Assembly: GCA_944381155.1 (NCBI GenBank)
Contig: CALWKA010000001.1
Location: 2,529 to 66,528 of the forward strand
From: an uncultured Clostridia bacterium
Lineage (GTDB): Bacteria > Bacillota > Clostridia > Christensenellales > UBA1242
Length of the DNA: 64,000 nt
Reading direction: 5' to 3'
Position numbers and translations under genes: made by a program. Below the pieces are notes generated by a model. That model saw only the letters and a program-made list of their open reading frames with translations. It did no database searches and had not been told where the DNA came from. Positions 46,883 through 57,122 of this stretch are shown here, in pieces; within the stretch, counting starts at the first letter, position 1; each line of letters starts with the position of its first letter.

Positions 46883-48394
46883 TTATCTTTTTATGATGAC
46901 CTTTTCTCCGCCGTTTAAGATCAAAGGAAGATCTTTGTTGTATTTTCCAATTTCGTCGGGAGAAATTTTGATTCGTTTGCATAGTTGCCATAAACTTTCG
47001 TTTGGTTTTGCTAAAAATATTTGGTAGTCAAAATTCGAAAAATCTAACGCCTTTCCCAAAGTAAAGTTATCTATAATTTCTCTACTATCCTTTTGATAGA
47101 TATGTAGGCAAATTGAAATGTCGTATTCAAGTTCAATGATTGTGCCACGCTTGATCTTTGTTTTGCAATCTACGACATCTATTTGAGAATGCAAACAATC
47201 TAGTTGGCTTAATTCGATTTTGCTGTTAAGGACAAACGGAAGTTCGAGATGTTTTTGCTGATATTCTTTATTTTCGTCAATATAGACAAGGTGAGAAGAT
47301 ACTATCCCTTCCAAAATCAAAAAATTATCTTTTATATAACTATTCGTAATTTCTGCGTTAATATTGCAGTTTGATATGATTTCGTCTATCGCAGGCTCTT
47401 TGCTAGACAATGTGATCTCGCCATTGATGCTATCCGTGACGATTTCAGTTTGCAAATTTTTATTATAGTCGCGCTTGCTAGTGGTCAATTCAATCTCGTT
47501 TTCCGTGCTATACATATCGTCCACTACATCAATTGATATGTTTTTGATCGCCACTCCGCACACATCTATATTGTGTGTGATCGTAACAATGCTACTACCT
47601 TCTTCAAATTCTGTGTTGATTTTAGTGAGTGATTTGTTGATCTCGCAAGCTAGGTCCAGAATACAATCGCGCTCCATATTTTTCAGACTGATTTCCGTCT
47701 TTACATTGAATACATCTGTCAATTCTTTGATTTTGTTGCCCGCGTCGTCTTGAGTTTCGAAAATCAGTTTTGAATATAATTTTCCTTCTATCGTCGCACT
47801 GCCGTCATTTGCTGTGCAGGATATTGGTGCAAAATATGAATTATAGCACAATATTTTTGCTATATTGTCGCGCGTTTCAAAATTGGTGGTGTATTCAAAG
47901 TTTGAATCAATTTTGCATAAAATTGTGGATGTGTTGATTTCGCTCTTTTTCGTGACTAAATTGTCAAAATTGTTCGCCCTGTTTGCTATCCCTATATTTA
48001 GATAGACCACAGGCGCACAACTAATTTCACAATTGATTTTCAGCGTGCTGTCTTGCGATAGAATATTGTTGATGATAGAGATGTTGCATAGATTGATTAT
48101 GCAATCGCTCGTGATTGACGCGTCCACTATGTTTTCATTGAACGATTGCGAATCTGTGATGATATTAGTTATGTTGTCTGTATCTATATATAATACTTTG
48201 ACTCCCAACTTACCGCTGAATATTGCCTTTCCGTTGCCCGCTTCTATCTTTTTGTCATAGACGAAACTATCAATATCAAGAATCGTTTTGATATTCACAT
48301 TAGAATCAATGTTCACATTGATCGTGGAGTTGAAATTAATTTTTGATAAATTTTTTGCATAAGTGATTTTAATGGCGTCTTGATTTTCTTCCAT
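46883..48394 (-). CDS. SipL/SpoVID-like sporulation protein (DUF3794-type repeats plus C-terminal LysM)
   Basis: 503 aa. The C-terminal WQLCKRIKISPDEIGKYNKDLPLILNGGEKVIIKR looks like LysM. The architecture resembles clostridial SipL. This is inference from memory. Confidence 0.5.
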   Translation of the reverse strand: MEENQDAIKITYAKNLSKINFNSTINVNIDSNVNIKTILDIDSFVYDKKIEAGNGKAIFSGKLGVKVLYIDTDNITNIITDSQSFNENIVDASITSDCIINLCNISIINNILSQDSTLKINCEISCAPVVYLNIGIANRANNFDNLVTKKSEINTSTILCKIDSNFEYTTNFETRDNIAKILCYNSYFAPISCTANDGSATIEGKLYSKLIFETQDDAGNKIKELTDVFNVKTEISLKNMERDCILDLACEINKSLTKINTEFEEGSSIVTITHNIDVCGVAIKNISIDVVDDMYSTENEIELTTSKRDYNKNLQTEIVTDSINGEITLSSKEPAIDEIISNCNINAEITNSYIKDNFLILEGIVSSHLVYIDENKEYQQKHLELPFVLNSKIELSQLDCLHSQIDVVDCKTKIKRGTIIELEYDISICLHIYQKDSREIIDNFTLGKALDFSNFDYQIFLAKPNESLWQLCKRIKISPDEIGKYNKDLPLILNGGEKVIIKR

Positions 48395-48716
48395 TTGGAC
48401 CTCCTTATATAATGTATAATAAGAAGGGAAAAAATATGATTAAAATTGAAAAATAAATATGCCAAAAATTTTAGTTTGACTGCTAAAAAATAATTCTAAA
48501 AAATTCGTTGGATAAATATGTTTTTGTATTGAAAAATATAAATTTCACTATTTTATTTTAAATTATTTGACGCGAAGAATTATTTTCGACATTTTAATTT
48601 TTTATACTTAAAAATTTGCTAAATATAATCAAATTTATAACTTTTTCTTTTAGTAAAATTAGCGAATTTTTGCTATTATATATTCGTGTAGAACACATAT
48701 AAATAAGGGGGAAATT

Positions 48717-49469
48717 ATGAAAAAAGTTACGCTTATACTCGCAGATGAAGATCAAAATACTTTGGATGAAATGAAACGAAATTTTACTACTGATAGATAC
48801 GAAGTTTTGGCTACCACATCGAATGGAGAGGAGTTGATCGACCTTATCAACAAATTCAATCCGGATATTGTGGTGATGGACATCGTTTTGCAAAAATGTG
48901 ACGGATTCAAAGTGTTGGAATCGATTAGAAAATCTATCAACACAAAAATCATTGTGCAATCGTCCTTGTCTATTGACGGATTCATAAACAAAGCGATTTC
49001 TAGCGGTGCAAAATATTATTGTATCAAGCCATTTGATGTGCAGACATTAAAGGATAGGATAGAAGATCTATTAAAGCCAGAAACTAGCCAAACAAAAGTG
49101 TTTTTCAATGCGCGTACGCCAAATCAGATAGAAGAAAAAATTACAAACATATTTATCACAGTTGGAATACCGGCACATATAAAGGGGTATCAATTTTTGA
49201 GAGAAGCAATCAAATTGGCAATAGCAAATCCTGAAATCATCAATTCGATTACGAAAAAATTATATCCAACCATAGCAGAAAAATATGACACAAGCGCATC
49301 GAAAGTTGAGCGTGCAATACGCCACGCAATTGAAGTGGCGTGGAATCGTGGCAAGATAGAGAATATCAACAATCTGTTTGGAATCAAAGTTTATTCAAGC
49401 AACGAAAAGCCAACCAATGGTGAATTTATTGCGCTCGTGGCAGACAAAATGTTGATTGAAGGGGCATAA
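48717..49469 (+). CDS. spo0A: Sporulation master regulator Spo0A
   Basis: Receiver domain (LILADED..., DIVVMDIVLQKCDG) plus the Spo0A-specific C-terminal helix SASKVERAIRHAIEVAWNRG. GGGGGA RBS upstream. Confidence 0.95.
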   Translation: MKKVTLILADEDQNTLDEMKRNFTTDRYEVLATTSNGEELIDLINKFNPDIVVMDIVLQKCDGFKVLESIRKSINTKIIVQSSLSIDGFINKAISSGAKYYCIKPFDVQTLKDRIEDLLKPETSQTKVFFNARTPNQIEEKITNIFITVGIPAHIKGYQFLREAIKLAIANPEIINSITKKLYPTIAEKYDTSASKVERAIRHAIEVAWNRGKIENINNLFGIKVYSSNEKPTNGEFIALVADKMLIEGA

Positions 49470-49695
49470 TTACAAAGGAAAGAATTTATCGCGGTAGATA
49501 TGTTCTTTTTTTTGACGCAAATTTTGCTAAATTTTAGGAATTTGTGGATCGACTATTGTATTTAATTGAAGATTAGTAATAAGTCATACAAATTTATAAA
49601 TAAAATTTTTTAAAATTTTCAAATATTTTTTAAATTCAGTAGACATATTAATTTTCAATTATTATAATATACTAATTGAAAAAAGGAGAGCATTT

Positions 49696-50241
49696 ATGGG
49701 AAAATCTACAAAACCTGTATGGATATTGTGTCCGCGTTGCGAATTGAATTACATCAAAAAGTCAGATCAATATTGCAATGTTTGCAAAAAAGAGATGAAA
49801 CTTATCAAATCTAGCGATGACGACATTGGAGATTTGGAGCTTTGCCCTATTTGCAAAATAAATTTTGTGCAAAGCGATCAGGAGATTTGCGATAGTTGCA
49901 AGCAAGAATTGGGTATTGAACCTAGTGAAGATGCGGAAGATAAAGAAGTGGCAGATTGGCACAAATATATTTCAGACGATGACGAAGAGTCGGACGACGA
50001 AGAAGATGAAGAAGAAAACGAAGACTTCGACAAAGACGATCTTGAAGACAATTCAGGAATGGTGGATGATTTCGACTTTGCTGAAGATTTGGATAAAGAT
50101 ATGGATTCAGACGAAGAAGATGACGAAGATTTTGATTTGGATATGCTAGATGACGAAGACGACGAAGATGATGATGACGAAGACGACGACGATGACGATG
50201 ATGATGACGACGATGAAAAAGACGAGGATGATGACGAATAA
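49696..50241 (+). CDS. Double zinc-ribbon protein with a poly-Asp/Glu C-terminal tail
   Basis: Four CxxC pairs (CPRC, CNVC, CPIC, CDSC), then a tail ending ...DEDDEDDDDEDDDDDDDDDDDEKDEDDDE. GGAGAG RBS upstream. Confidence 0.6.
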   Translation: MGKSTKPVWILCPRCELNYIKKSDQYCNVCKKEMKLIKSSDDDIGDLELCPICKINFVQSDQEICDSCKQELGIEPSEDAEDKEVADWHKYISDDDEESDDEEDEEENEDFDKDDLEDNSGMVDDFDFAEDLDKDMDSDEEDDEDFDLDMLDDEDDEDDDDEDDDDDDDDDDDEKDEDDDE

Positions 50242-50317
50242 AACAATCGATTTTTAACTAGTTTTGTCGAATGGGCGTAAAATTGTTCACTTTGTAAAAA
50301 ATAGTTAGGGGTGAACT

Positions 50318-50557
50318 ATGAAAAAAATGCCTAACACCATCGAAAACATTAAAAAGCGAATTATTGAACTCAAAGGTAAAGAAGTAAATCTATATATTAA
50401 CCGTGGGAGAAGGAAAGTGAGCGCATATAGGGCGCGGATTGAAGATGTGTATTCGAGCGTGTTCACGGTAAAATCTTGCTCATTAGATTTTGAATCTATC
50501 AACACATATTCGTATAATGATATCCTTTGTGGAGAAGTAAAGATTTCAAACGATTGA
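50318..50557 (+). CDS. veg: Veg protein
   Basis: 79 aa: IENIKKRIIELKGKEVNLYINRGRRKVSAYRARIEDVYSSVFTV is typical of the Veg/DUF1021 family. Confidence 0.85.
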   Translation: MKKMPNTIENIKKRIIELKGKEVNLYINRGRRKVSAYRARIEDVYSSVFTVKSCSLDFESINTYSYNDILCGEVKISND

Positions 50558-50580
50558 CATTTGATACATTTTTCATTTAT

Positions 50581-50610
50581 AATACTTGCAAACGAGCAAG
50601 TATTTTTTTA
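50581..50610 (+). terminator. Rho-independent terminator after veg
   Basis: AATACTTGC-AAACGA-GCAAGTATT followed by a T-run. Confidence 0.85.
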
Positions 50611-50630
50611 TTTTATGTTAAGGAGAAAAT

Positions 50631-51875
50631 ATGAAAAATTTTAATCCGATTCGCGGGACATACGATTATTTGCCAAAAGAAGCACGATTGCGCGAATATG
50701 TGCGCGCCACTATTCTCAATTCGTATCAGGAAAATGGATACAACCTTATAGATACGCCCATTTTGGAAAGCCTTGATTTTTTGAATAGTAGTGAAGGCGG
50801 GGACAATTTGCGTTTGATGTTCAAAACCATTAAGCGCGGGGAGAAATTGGATCTATCAAAAGAAAATTTGACCGAATCAGACATTGCGGAAGAAGGGTTA
50901 AGATACGATTTGACCGTTCCGCTAGCGCGTATGTATTCAAACAATAGAGAGAAATTGCCCACTCCGTTTCGCACCATTCAAATCGGTTCGGCGTTTCGTG
51001 CAGAGCGTCCGCAAAAAGGAAGAAATCGTCAGTTTACTCAATGCGATATAGATGTGTTTGGCGATAGTTCGATCAATGCGGAATTGGAATTGATCAAGAC
51101 CTGTTTTGATACATTAGCGCGTTTGGGATTCGAAAATCTGACTTTGAAAATCAACGATAGAGAAATTTTGAATCAATTGGTAAGATTTTCAGGATTTAGT
51201 GATGGCGAGATCAACACAGTGTGCGTCACGCTAGACAAAATTGAAAAAATCTATATGACGGGCGTTATGATGGAACTGATTGAAAAGGGCTTTGATACCG
51301 AAAAGATAAACAAACTTGTGGATATAGTGAACGATATTGTGGAAAACGGTTTGCAAGCGAGTGGAAAATATGGGGTAAAAGTTGAAAATATATCAAGATT
51401 GAACTATTTGATTGATACGCTAAATCGTCTGACAGGCAATCGATATTCAATAAAATATGACATATCAATCGTGCGAGGTCAGGGCTATTACACGGGTACG
51501 GTGTACGAAATTTATACAGACGGCTTTTCAGGTGCGATTGGCGGGGGCGGAAGATATGACAAAATGGTGGAAAAATTTTCAGGCATCAGTTGCCCAGCGG
51601 TGGGAATCTGTTTAGGATTTGAACCAATTTGTATGTTGCTAAAGGATAGGCAATCTAGCCTAGATATAAGGAAAAATTTGGTACTGCTATACGATAGCGA
51701 CGACGATATTATAGAAGTGTTTAATCTAAAAGACGAATTGAAAAAAGAATACAATGTCGCACTATATTCGCGCCCAAAGAATATCAAAAATTTCTATTCA
51801 AAGATAGGCGAAGTGGCAGACTTGTTGACTAGCGTGAAAGAGCAGAAAGAAAATAAACCTTTCAAACAATTATGA
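50631..51875 (+). CDS. hisS: Histidyl-tRNA synthetase
   Basis: Class II motif 2 FRAERPQKGRNRQFTQCDIDVFG and the GGGGRYD motif. C-terminal anticodon-binding domain. Confidence 0.85.
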   Translation: MKNFNPIRGTYDYLPKEARLREYVRATILNSYQENGYNLIDTPILESLDFLNSSEGGDNLRLMFKTIKRGEKLDLSKENLTESDIAEEGLRYDLTVPLARMYSNNREKLPTPFRTIQIGSAFRAERPQKGRNRQFTQCDIDVFGDSSINAELELIKTCFDTLARLGFENLTLKINDREILNQLVRFSGFSDGEINTVCVTLDKIEKIYMTGVMMELIEKGFDTEKINKLVDIVNDIVENGLQASGKYGVKVENISRLNYLIDTLNRLTGNRYSIKYDISIVRGQGYYTGTVYEIYTDGFSGAIGGGGRYDKMVEKFSGISCPAVGICLGFEPICMLLKDRQSSLDIRKNLVLLYDSDDDIIEVFNLKDELKKEYNVALYSRPKNIKNFYSKIGEVADLLTSVKEQKENKPFKQL

Positions 51876-51980
51876 CCATATCATTCAAATAAAATAAATA
51901 ATTAATCATTTAATAGTAGTTTGAATTTCAATCAAATTTATAAGTTTAAAATTATAAAAAATCAAAACCAAGGAGAAATT

Positions 51981-53300
51981 ATGGATAAATACAGTGAGAT
52001 AAGAGTGCCGATTAGTCACGACAACCCTAGCATAAAAAGGCACGAGAGAAAGTGTGTGTTGTGTGGAAAATGCAAAGATGTGTGCAAGAAGAAAATGGGA
52101 GTGGCAGGTTATTGGAAATATGACAGCGAAGATATTGTGTGCATAAATTGTGGACAATGTGCAAATGTCTGCCCGGTGGAAGCGATTGTGGAGCAAGATA
52201 GCACGGACGCGTTGATCACCGCTATAAATGATCCGAAGAAAAAAGTGGTGGTGATGACTAGCCCTGCTGTGCGCGTTTCTTTGGGCGAGATGTTTGACCG
52301 TCCTGCAGGTGAATTTGTTGCGGGGAAAATGGTGTCACTTTTGAAACAATTAGGTGCAGACTATGTGTTTGATGTCACATTTGGCGCCGATCTCACCATT
52401 ATGGAAGAAGCGAGCGAACTCATTGAACGAATTAAGAGTGGAAAAAATTTGCCACAATTCACGAGTTGCTGTCCTGCGTGGGTAAAATTCGTTGAAACCT
52501 TTTATCCACAATATATCCCCAATCTGTCTAGTTGCAAAAGTCCAATAGGAATGCAGGCGAGCGTCTTGAAAAATTATTTTGCAAAATCTATCAATATTGA
52601 TCCGAGCGATCTAGTGGTGGTGGCAATGACGCCGTGCGTTGCAAAGAAATTCGAAGCCGAGCGGGAAGAATTGCGTTCGTATTATGGAAAAGATACAGAT
52701 TTTGTGGTGTCGGTTAGAGAAATTGGCAAACTAGCAAAGCGCAAAAAAATTAAATTCGACAAATTGAAAGACGAACCTTTTGATACCACCTTCAATACAG
52801 GTAGTGGTGCGGGTGTAATCTTTGGTGCGAGCGGTGGAGTGATGGAAGCGGCAGTGCGTTCGGCATATTATTTCACCACGGGCGAAAATCCACCAAAAGA
52901 CCTGTTGCAATTCAAAAAATTGCGCGGATATAAGGATGTCAAGACGGCCAGCGTGAATTTATTAGGAAAAGATATAAAATTGTGCGTCATATTCGGCACG
53001 ATGCAGGCGCGCGCCGTGCTAGATAAATTGAAAACGAAAAAATATGATATGATTGAAGTTATGGCGTGCCCTAATGGTTGCGTGGGCGGGGGCGGTCAGC
53101 CTAGAACTAATGATACGGATACCGCTGTGCAAAAACGAGCACAGGGATTGTATGATCAGGATGCGAAAATGGATATCAAGTCAAGTTTTGAAAATCCGAA
53201 CATTCAACATTTATACAAAGAATTTTTATCCGCACCTTTGAGTGAACAAGCAAAGAAGTATTTGCATACTACATATAGAGCGCGTGAATATAGGAAATAA
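51981..53300 (+). CDS. [FeFe] hydrogenase (ferredoxin-like N-terminus plus H-cluster domain)
   Basis: CxxCxxCxxxC-type clusters (CVLCGKCKDVC, CINCGQCANVCP) and H-cluster motifs TSCCPAW, MPCVAKKFE and ACPNGCVGGGGQP. The preferred start is ATG 51981, after GGAGAA. Confidence 0.85.
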   Translation: MDKYSEIRVPISHDNPSIKRHERKCVLCGKCKDVCKKKMGVAGYWKYDSEDIVCINCGQCANVCPVEAIVEQDSTDALITAINDPKKKVVVMTSPAVRVSLGEMFDRPAGEFVAGKMVSLLKQLGADYVFDVTFGADLTIMEEASELIERIKSGKNLPQFTSCCPAWVKFVETFYPQYIPNLSSCKSPIGMQASVLKNYFAKSINIDPSDLVVVAMTPCVAKKFEAEREELRSYYGKDTDFVVSVREIGKLAKRKKIKFDKLKDEPFDTTFNTGSGAGVIFGASGGVMEAAVRSAYYFTTGENPPKDLLQFKKLRGYKDVKTASVNLLGKDIKLCVIFGTMQARAVLDKLKTKKYDMIEVMACPNGCVGGGGQPRTNDTDTAVQKRAQGLYDQDAKMDIKSSFENPNIQHLYKEFLSAPLSEQAKKYLHTTYRAREYRK

Positions 53301-53540
53301 AATCGAATTGCAATTCAATATTTATTCAATGGTAGCAACCAACTTCAAAATATGGTGGTAAAATATTTATTTTGATTTGCAATCATTAATTTATATTAAA
53401 TTCATTTTGTTTTCGTTTTATACTGTTTAGTTGAAAGCAGAATTTAATGTTATGGAAAAGGAAAAATTTTCAATTTCAAATAGCGAGTTTTGATTGAAAG
53501 ATTGACGATTCAAATAAAATTATCAAATTAAGGAGAGAGT

Positions 53541-54140
53541 ATGGAAAAGAGCGTAGAAGAGAGCAAAGCGGAGTTTATAAAAATTTATAATGAAAATATC
53601 AAACGCGAAGGAGCGGATAAACTATTAGATTATTTGGTAAATTCTTCCAATTTCTTTTCATCTCCCGCGTCTGGGAAAAGGCATTCGTCCTACATTGGCG
53701 GGTTATGTCAGCATTCTTTGAATGTTTATCATCGTTTCAAGAAAAATATTATCCTAGAATATGGTGCAAATTATACTGAAAAGATTTCGGACGAAAGTAT
53801 TGCAATTATTGCACTACTTCACGATCTTTGCAAGGTGAACACATACACTCAAGATTATCGCAATCAAAAAGTGGATGGGCAGTGGATACAAGTTCCGTAT
53901 TTTTCATACAACAACACTCTACCTTATGGCCATGGTGAAAAGTCGGTATATATTATCAGTGGCTTTATGCGTCTAACGCGTGAAGAAGCAATGGCGATCA
54001 ATTGGCATATGGGCGGATTTGATGCGCGTGCGCAAGCGGGATCAGATCTATCGGACGCATATTCGCGCTATCCAATTGCAGTGTTGATTCATGTGTCCGA
54101 CATTGAATCAAGTTATATAGATGAAAAATCAACAAATTAA
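53541..54140 (+). CDS. HD-domain phosphohydrolase
   Basis: HD motif ALLHDLCK plus additional His residues. GGAGAG RBS upstream. Confidence 0.65.
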   Translation: MEKSVEESKAEFIKIYNENIKREGADKLLDYLVNSSNFFSSPASGKRHSSYIGGLCQHSLNVYHRFKKNIILEYGANYTEKISDESIAIIALLHDLCKVNTYTQDYRNQKVDGQWIQVPYFSYNNTLPYGHGEKSVYIISGFMRLTREEAMAINWHMGGFDARAQAGSDLSDAYSRYPIAVLIHVSDIESSYIDEKSTN

Positions 54141-54167
54141 TTATCGTTTGATAATTAATTTTTTTTT
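54137..54167 (+). terminator. A/T-rich terminator hairpin overlapping the HD-gene stop codon
   Basis: TTAATTATC-GTTT-GATAATTAA followed by a run of 9 T. Confidence 0.55.
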
Positions 54168-54730
54168 ACAATGTTTGATACATACAAATGTTATTTACTC
54201 ATTAAAAATTTGTTTAATTTTAATTAATTTTAATTTTTTACAATTTTATTATTTCATTAGACTTATAATATTATAAATTTTAATAGTCATTGAATATAAT
54301 TTTTAGCAAATATTATTAATCTAGTTTTTATTTTTTATACAATTAAAAATTATAAAAATGTAAATTTTATTTTTTCATTGTAGATTATAATAATTATTCG
54401 ATATTTTTATATTTTTCTGTTTTTCCAATTTTTAGTGGTATATTATTTTTTAAAGATATTTTTTATATATAATTTTTTAATATTTATTTTGATTAATTTA
54501 TTTTTAATAAAAATTTTAAAAAAAATAGAAATTTTCAAATAAATATATGTTTTTTTCGTTATTTTTTAATTATTTTATAAATTTTTTTATTTTTAATTAA
54601 ATATTTTAAAAATTAAAATTTTTTTTATTTTGCAATATTTATTAAAATTTTATATTTGATTAAAAAAAACATATTAGTCTAGCAAAAAGTTTTTAACAAA
54701 TAAATTCACTATTGCATAAAAACTTATGAG

Positions 54731-55795
54731 GTGAAAATGGCGGTAGCAAGTAATTTTTTGATTGGTGCAAATGACGAACACGGAATCAATCCACCCACAG
54801 TGGGGAAGCGCACTCCTATTATGCCATACATATCTAGGAGTTTTTATGAAAATGAATTCAATCGTCAGGCAAAGTATGATTTTATTATGGCGTGTTTAAG
54901 ATGCGGATTCAATGTATACGACATTCATCCTGAACAACAAGATGTGTCTATCTCCACTCGTGTGGTGCGGGCAAACAGAGCGGGAGTTAGTTTGATTGTG
55001 ACTTTTGCATACAACGCGTTCGGCACGGGAAATAGTTTCAATTCTGCGTCCGGATTTGAAGTGTATTATAGTCCATACAATCCGTATGCGAACGAAAGCA
55101 GACAATTAAGCGAAGAAGTGTTTGAAAAATTAACTCAAAATCTTGACACGCGCGCTAGATTCGTGGGCACAATTTCAATAGGGATATTATCTAATGTGAA
55201 TTGCCCGTCCACTTTGATAGAAGCGGGCTATATGACGAATTTTTCTGAAGCAAAACTGATGCTAAATCCTATCTTTGTTCAAAATGTTGCAGAAAGCGCC
55301 ACGCAAGGAGTTTGCGAATTTTTAGCGGTGCCGTATGTTGCCCGCGAACTAGCAAATTATCCATTGATTAGGCGTGGGGATAACGGAAATTTTGTGCGAA
55401 TTTTGCAGTATCTTTTGAATGAATATGGCTATGACTTGTCTGTGGACGGAATTTTTGGTGGAAACACATTTTTGGCGGTGGAAAATTTTCAGCGCAACAA
55501 CAATTTGACTGCGGACGGAATCGTTGGTCCGAACACTTGGAACGCACTTTTAAATCTAAATCCGAGCGCCACAGTTTTGAGACGGGGTAGCAGGCAAAGC
55601 GCAGTGCTATTTTTGCAAAAACTATTATTGTCCTATTTATATCCTATCACAGATCTTGACGGAATTTTTGGTCCAGAAACGGAGCGTGCGGTGCGCGCCT
55701 TTCAAACGGAAAATTCACTCGCTGTGGACGGAATAGTGGGAGCAAATACTTGGAACGCACTATTGAATAGTTCGGGCAGACCAAATCCAAATTAA
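54731..55795 (+). CDS. N-acetylmuramoyl-L-alanine amidase (Amidase_3) with C-terminal peptidoglycan-binding repeats
   Basis: Amidase_3-like core (GFEVYYS..., STLIEAGYMTN), followed by repeated DGIFG/DGIVGxNTW PG_binding_1 motifs. The start is ambiguous: GTG 54731 or ATG 54737. Confidence 0.8.
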   Translation: MKMAVASNFLIGANDEHGINPPTVGKRTPIMPYISRSFYENEFNRQAKYDFIMACLRCGFNVYDIHPEQQDVSISTRVVRANRAGVSLIVTFAYNAFGTGNSFNSASGFEVYYSPYNPYANESRQLSEEVFEKLTQNLDTRARFVGTISIGILSNVNCPSTLIEAGYMTNFSEAKLMLNPIFVQNVAESATQGVCEFLAVPYVARELANYPLIRRGDNGNFVRILQYLLNEYGYDLSVDGIFGGNTFLAVENFQRNNNLTADGIVGPNTWNALLNLNPSATVLRRGSRQSAVLFLQKLLLSYLYPITDLDGIFGPETERAVRAFQTENSLAVDGIVGANTWNALLNSSGRPNPN

Positions 55796-55877
55796 AATAT
55801 AAAATTTATAAAAATATCACAAAATGCGCATAAATTGTGCGTTTTTTTTCATTTCAAAGCGTAAAAAATTAAAAAAT

Positions 55878-56402
55878 ATGAAAAATAAATTTTGGATTAT
55901 CGTTGTATTGATTTTGTTCGTGCTGGCTGTGGCATTATTTTTGCCCGAAAATAAGGAATATGATTATCTTCGTTTGCATATTCGCGCCAACAGCAATAGC
56001 GCCATTGATCAAAATGTGAAGTATGAAATCAAAGATGAATTGGTTAGTTTTTTAACGCCATATTTTTGCTCAATCACTAGCAAAGAAGACGCAATAGAAT
56101 TGACGCGAACCCTAACCGAAAAAATGGAACAAATTTGCACGGACATTTTATCAAAAAAAGGATTTAGTTATTCGGTTAATATAAAGATAGACAACGAGTA
56201 TTTTCCAACGCGCACATATTCAAACACCACTCTTGAATCAGGTTATTATGACGCGGTGATTGTCGAACTAGGACAAGCCGAGGGGGACAATTGGTGGTGC
56301 GTGATGTATCCACCTTTATGTTTTGTGAATAATTTTGAAAACTCTATCCAAATTAAGTATAAATCGAAGATTGTAGAATGGTTTAAAAATCTTTTCGATT
56401 AA
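55878..56402 (+). CDS. spoIIR: Stage II sporulation protein R
   Basis: LRLHIRANSNS and GDNWWCVMYPPLCF signatures. The preferred start is MKNKFWIIVV; the track starts at 55824. Confidence 0.85.
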   Translation: MKNKFWIIVVLILFVLAVALFLPENKEYDYLRLHIRANSNSAIDQNVKYEIKDELVSFLTPYFCSITSKEDAIELTRTLTEKMEQICTDILSKKGFSYSVNIKIDNEYFPTRTYSNTTLESGYYDAVIVELGQAEGDNWWCVMYPPLCFVNNFENSIQIKYKSKIVEWFKNLFD

Positions 56403-56411
56403 GGAGGATGG

Positions 56412-57110
56412 ATGAAAAAAATATTGGCAGTGTTGCTATTGATGCTCTCGTTGACTTTCGCAATAGTGGGAAGCGTGGGCGCGATGCAAAATAGAGAAGA
56501 AGAAAAAGCAGAAACTACGATTGCACGAATAGAATCTGTAGATTCTGCCACAGCGAATATCACAGAAGTTCAAACTAGACTGAAAAAATGGGGATATTAT
56601 ACCGGCAATGTGGACGGAATTAATGGTCCGCTCACTATCAGCGCGGTCAAACGATTCCAAAAAAAATATGGGCTAGTTCAAGACGGAATAGTTGGGCCGT
56701 TGACTGCTGCAAAAATGGGAATAAGCGTATCGGGCGGATCTAGTTCGTCTAGTTATAGCAGTAATGATAGGTATTTATTGGCAAAAGTAATTTATGCAGA
56801 AGCGCGTGGCGAAAGCTATACAGGACAGGTGGCAATAGGTGCCGTCGTGCTAAATCGAGTGGAAGATAGCAGATTTCCAAACACTATTGCGGGCGTGATA
56901 TATCAGCCGTGGGCGTTCACCGCGGTGAATGACGGGCAGATCAATTTAGAGCCAAATGCCACAGCATATCAAGCGGCGGATGATGCACTAAATGGTTGGG
57001 ATCCGACTTATGGATCAATATATTATTACAATCCCGAAACTGCGACGAGCGATTGGATCTGGTCTACTACTTATGTCACGCAGATAGGCAAGCACATATT
57101 TGCTGTGTAA
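56412..57110 (+). CDS. sleB: Spore cortex-lytic enzyme SleB
   Basis: Signal peptide, a PG_binding_1 domain (LKKWGYYTGNVDGINGPLT) and the SleB hydrolase domain (LLAKVIYAEARGESYTGQVAIGAVVLNRV). Confidence 0.9.
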   Translation: MKKILAVLLLMLSLTFAIVGSVGAMQNREEEKAETTIARIESVDSATANITEVQTRLKKWGYYTGNVDGINGPLTISAVKRFQKKYGLVQDGIVGPLTAAKMGISVSGGSSSSSYSSNDRYLLAKVIYAEARGESYTGQVAIGAVVLNRVEDSRFPNTIAGVIYQPWAFTAVNDGQINLEPNATAYQAADDALNGWDPTYGSIYYYNPETATSDWIWSTTYVTQIGKHIFAV

Positions 57111-57122
57111 AAAGGAGAATGT

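Noticed and set aside
48585-48591. Spo0A box (TTCGACA, the complement of TGTCGAA) upstream of spo0A
   Set aside because: A single 7-mer match in about 320 bp of A/T-rich DNA could easily occur by chance. There is no second box to support autoregulation.
49878-50246. 122-aa poly-serine ORF on the minus strand
   Set aside because: It is the reverse-complement reading of the GAT/GAC/GAA repeat that encodes the poly-Asp/Glu tail. It has no RBS, and the plus-strand gene has a proper start and a zinc-ribbon domain.
53304-53315. Palindrome GAATTGCAATTC after the hydrogenase gene, considered as a terminator
   Set aside because: It is a perfect palindrome with no loop and no following T-run, so it is unlikely to be an intrinsic terminator.
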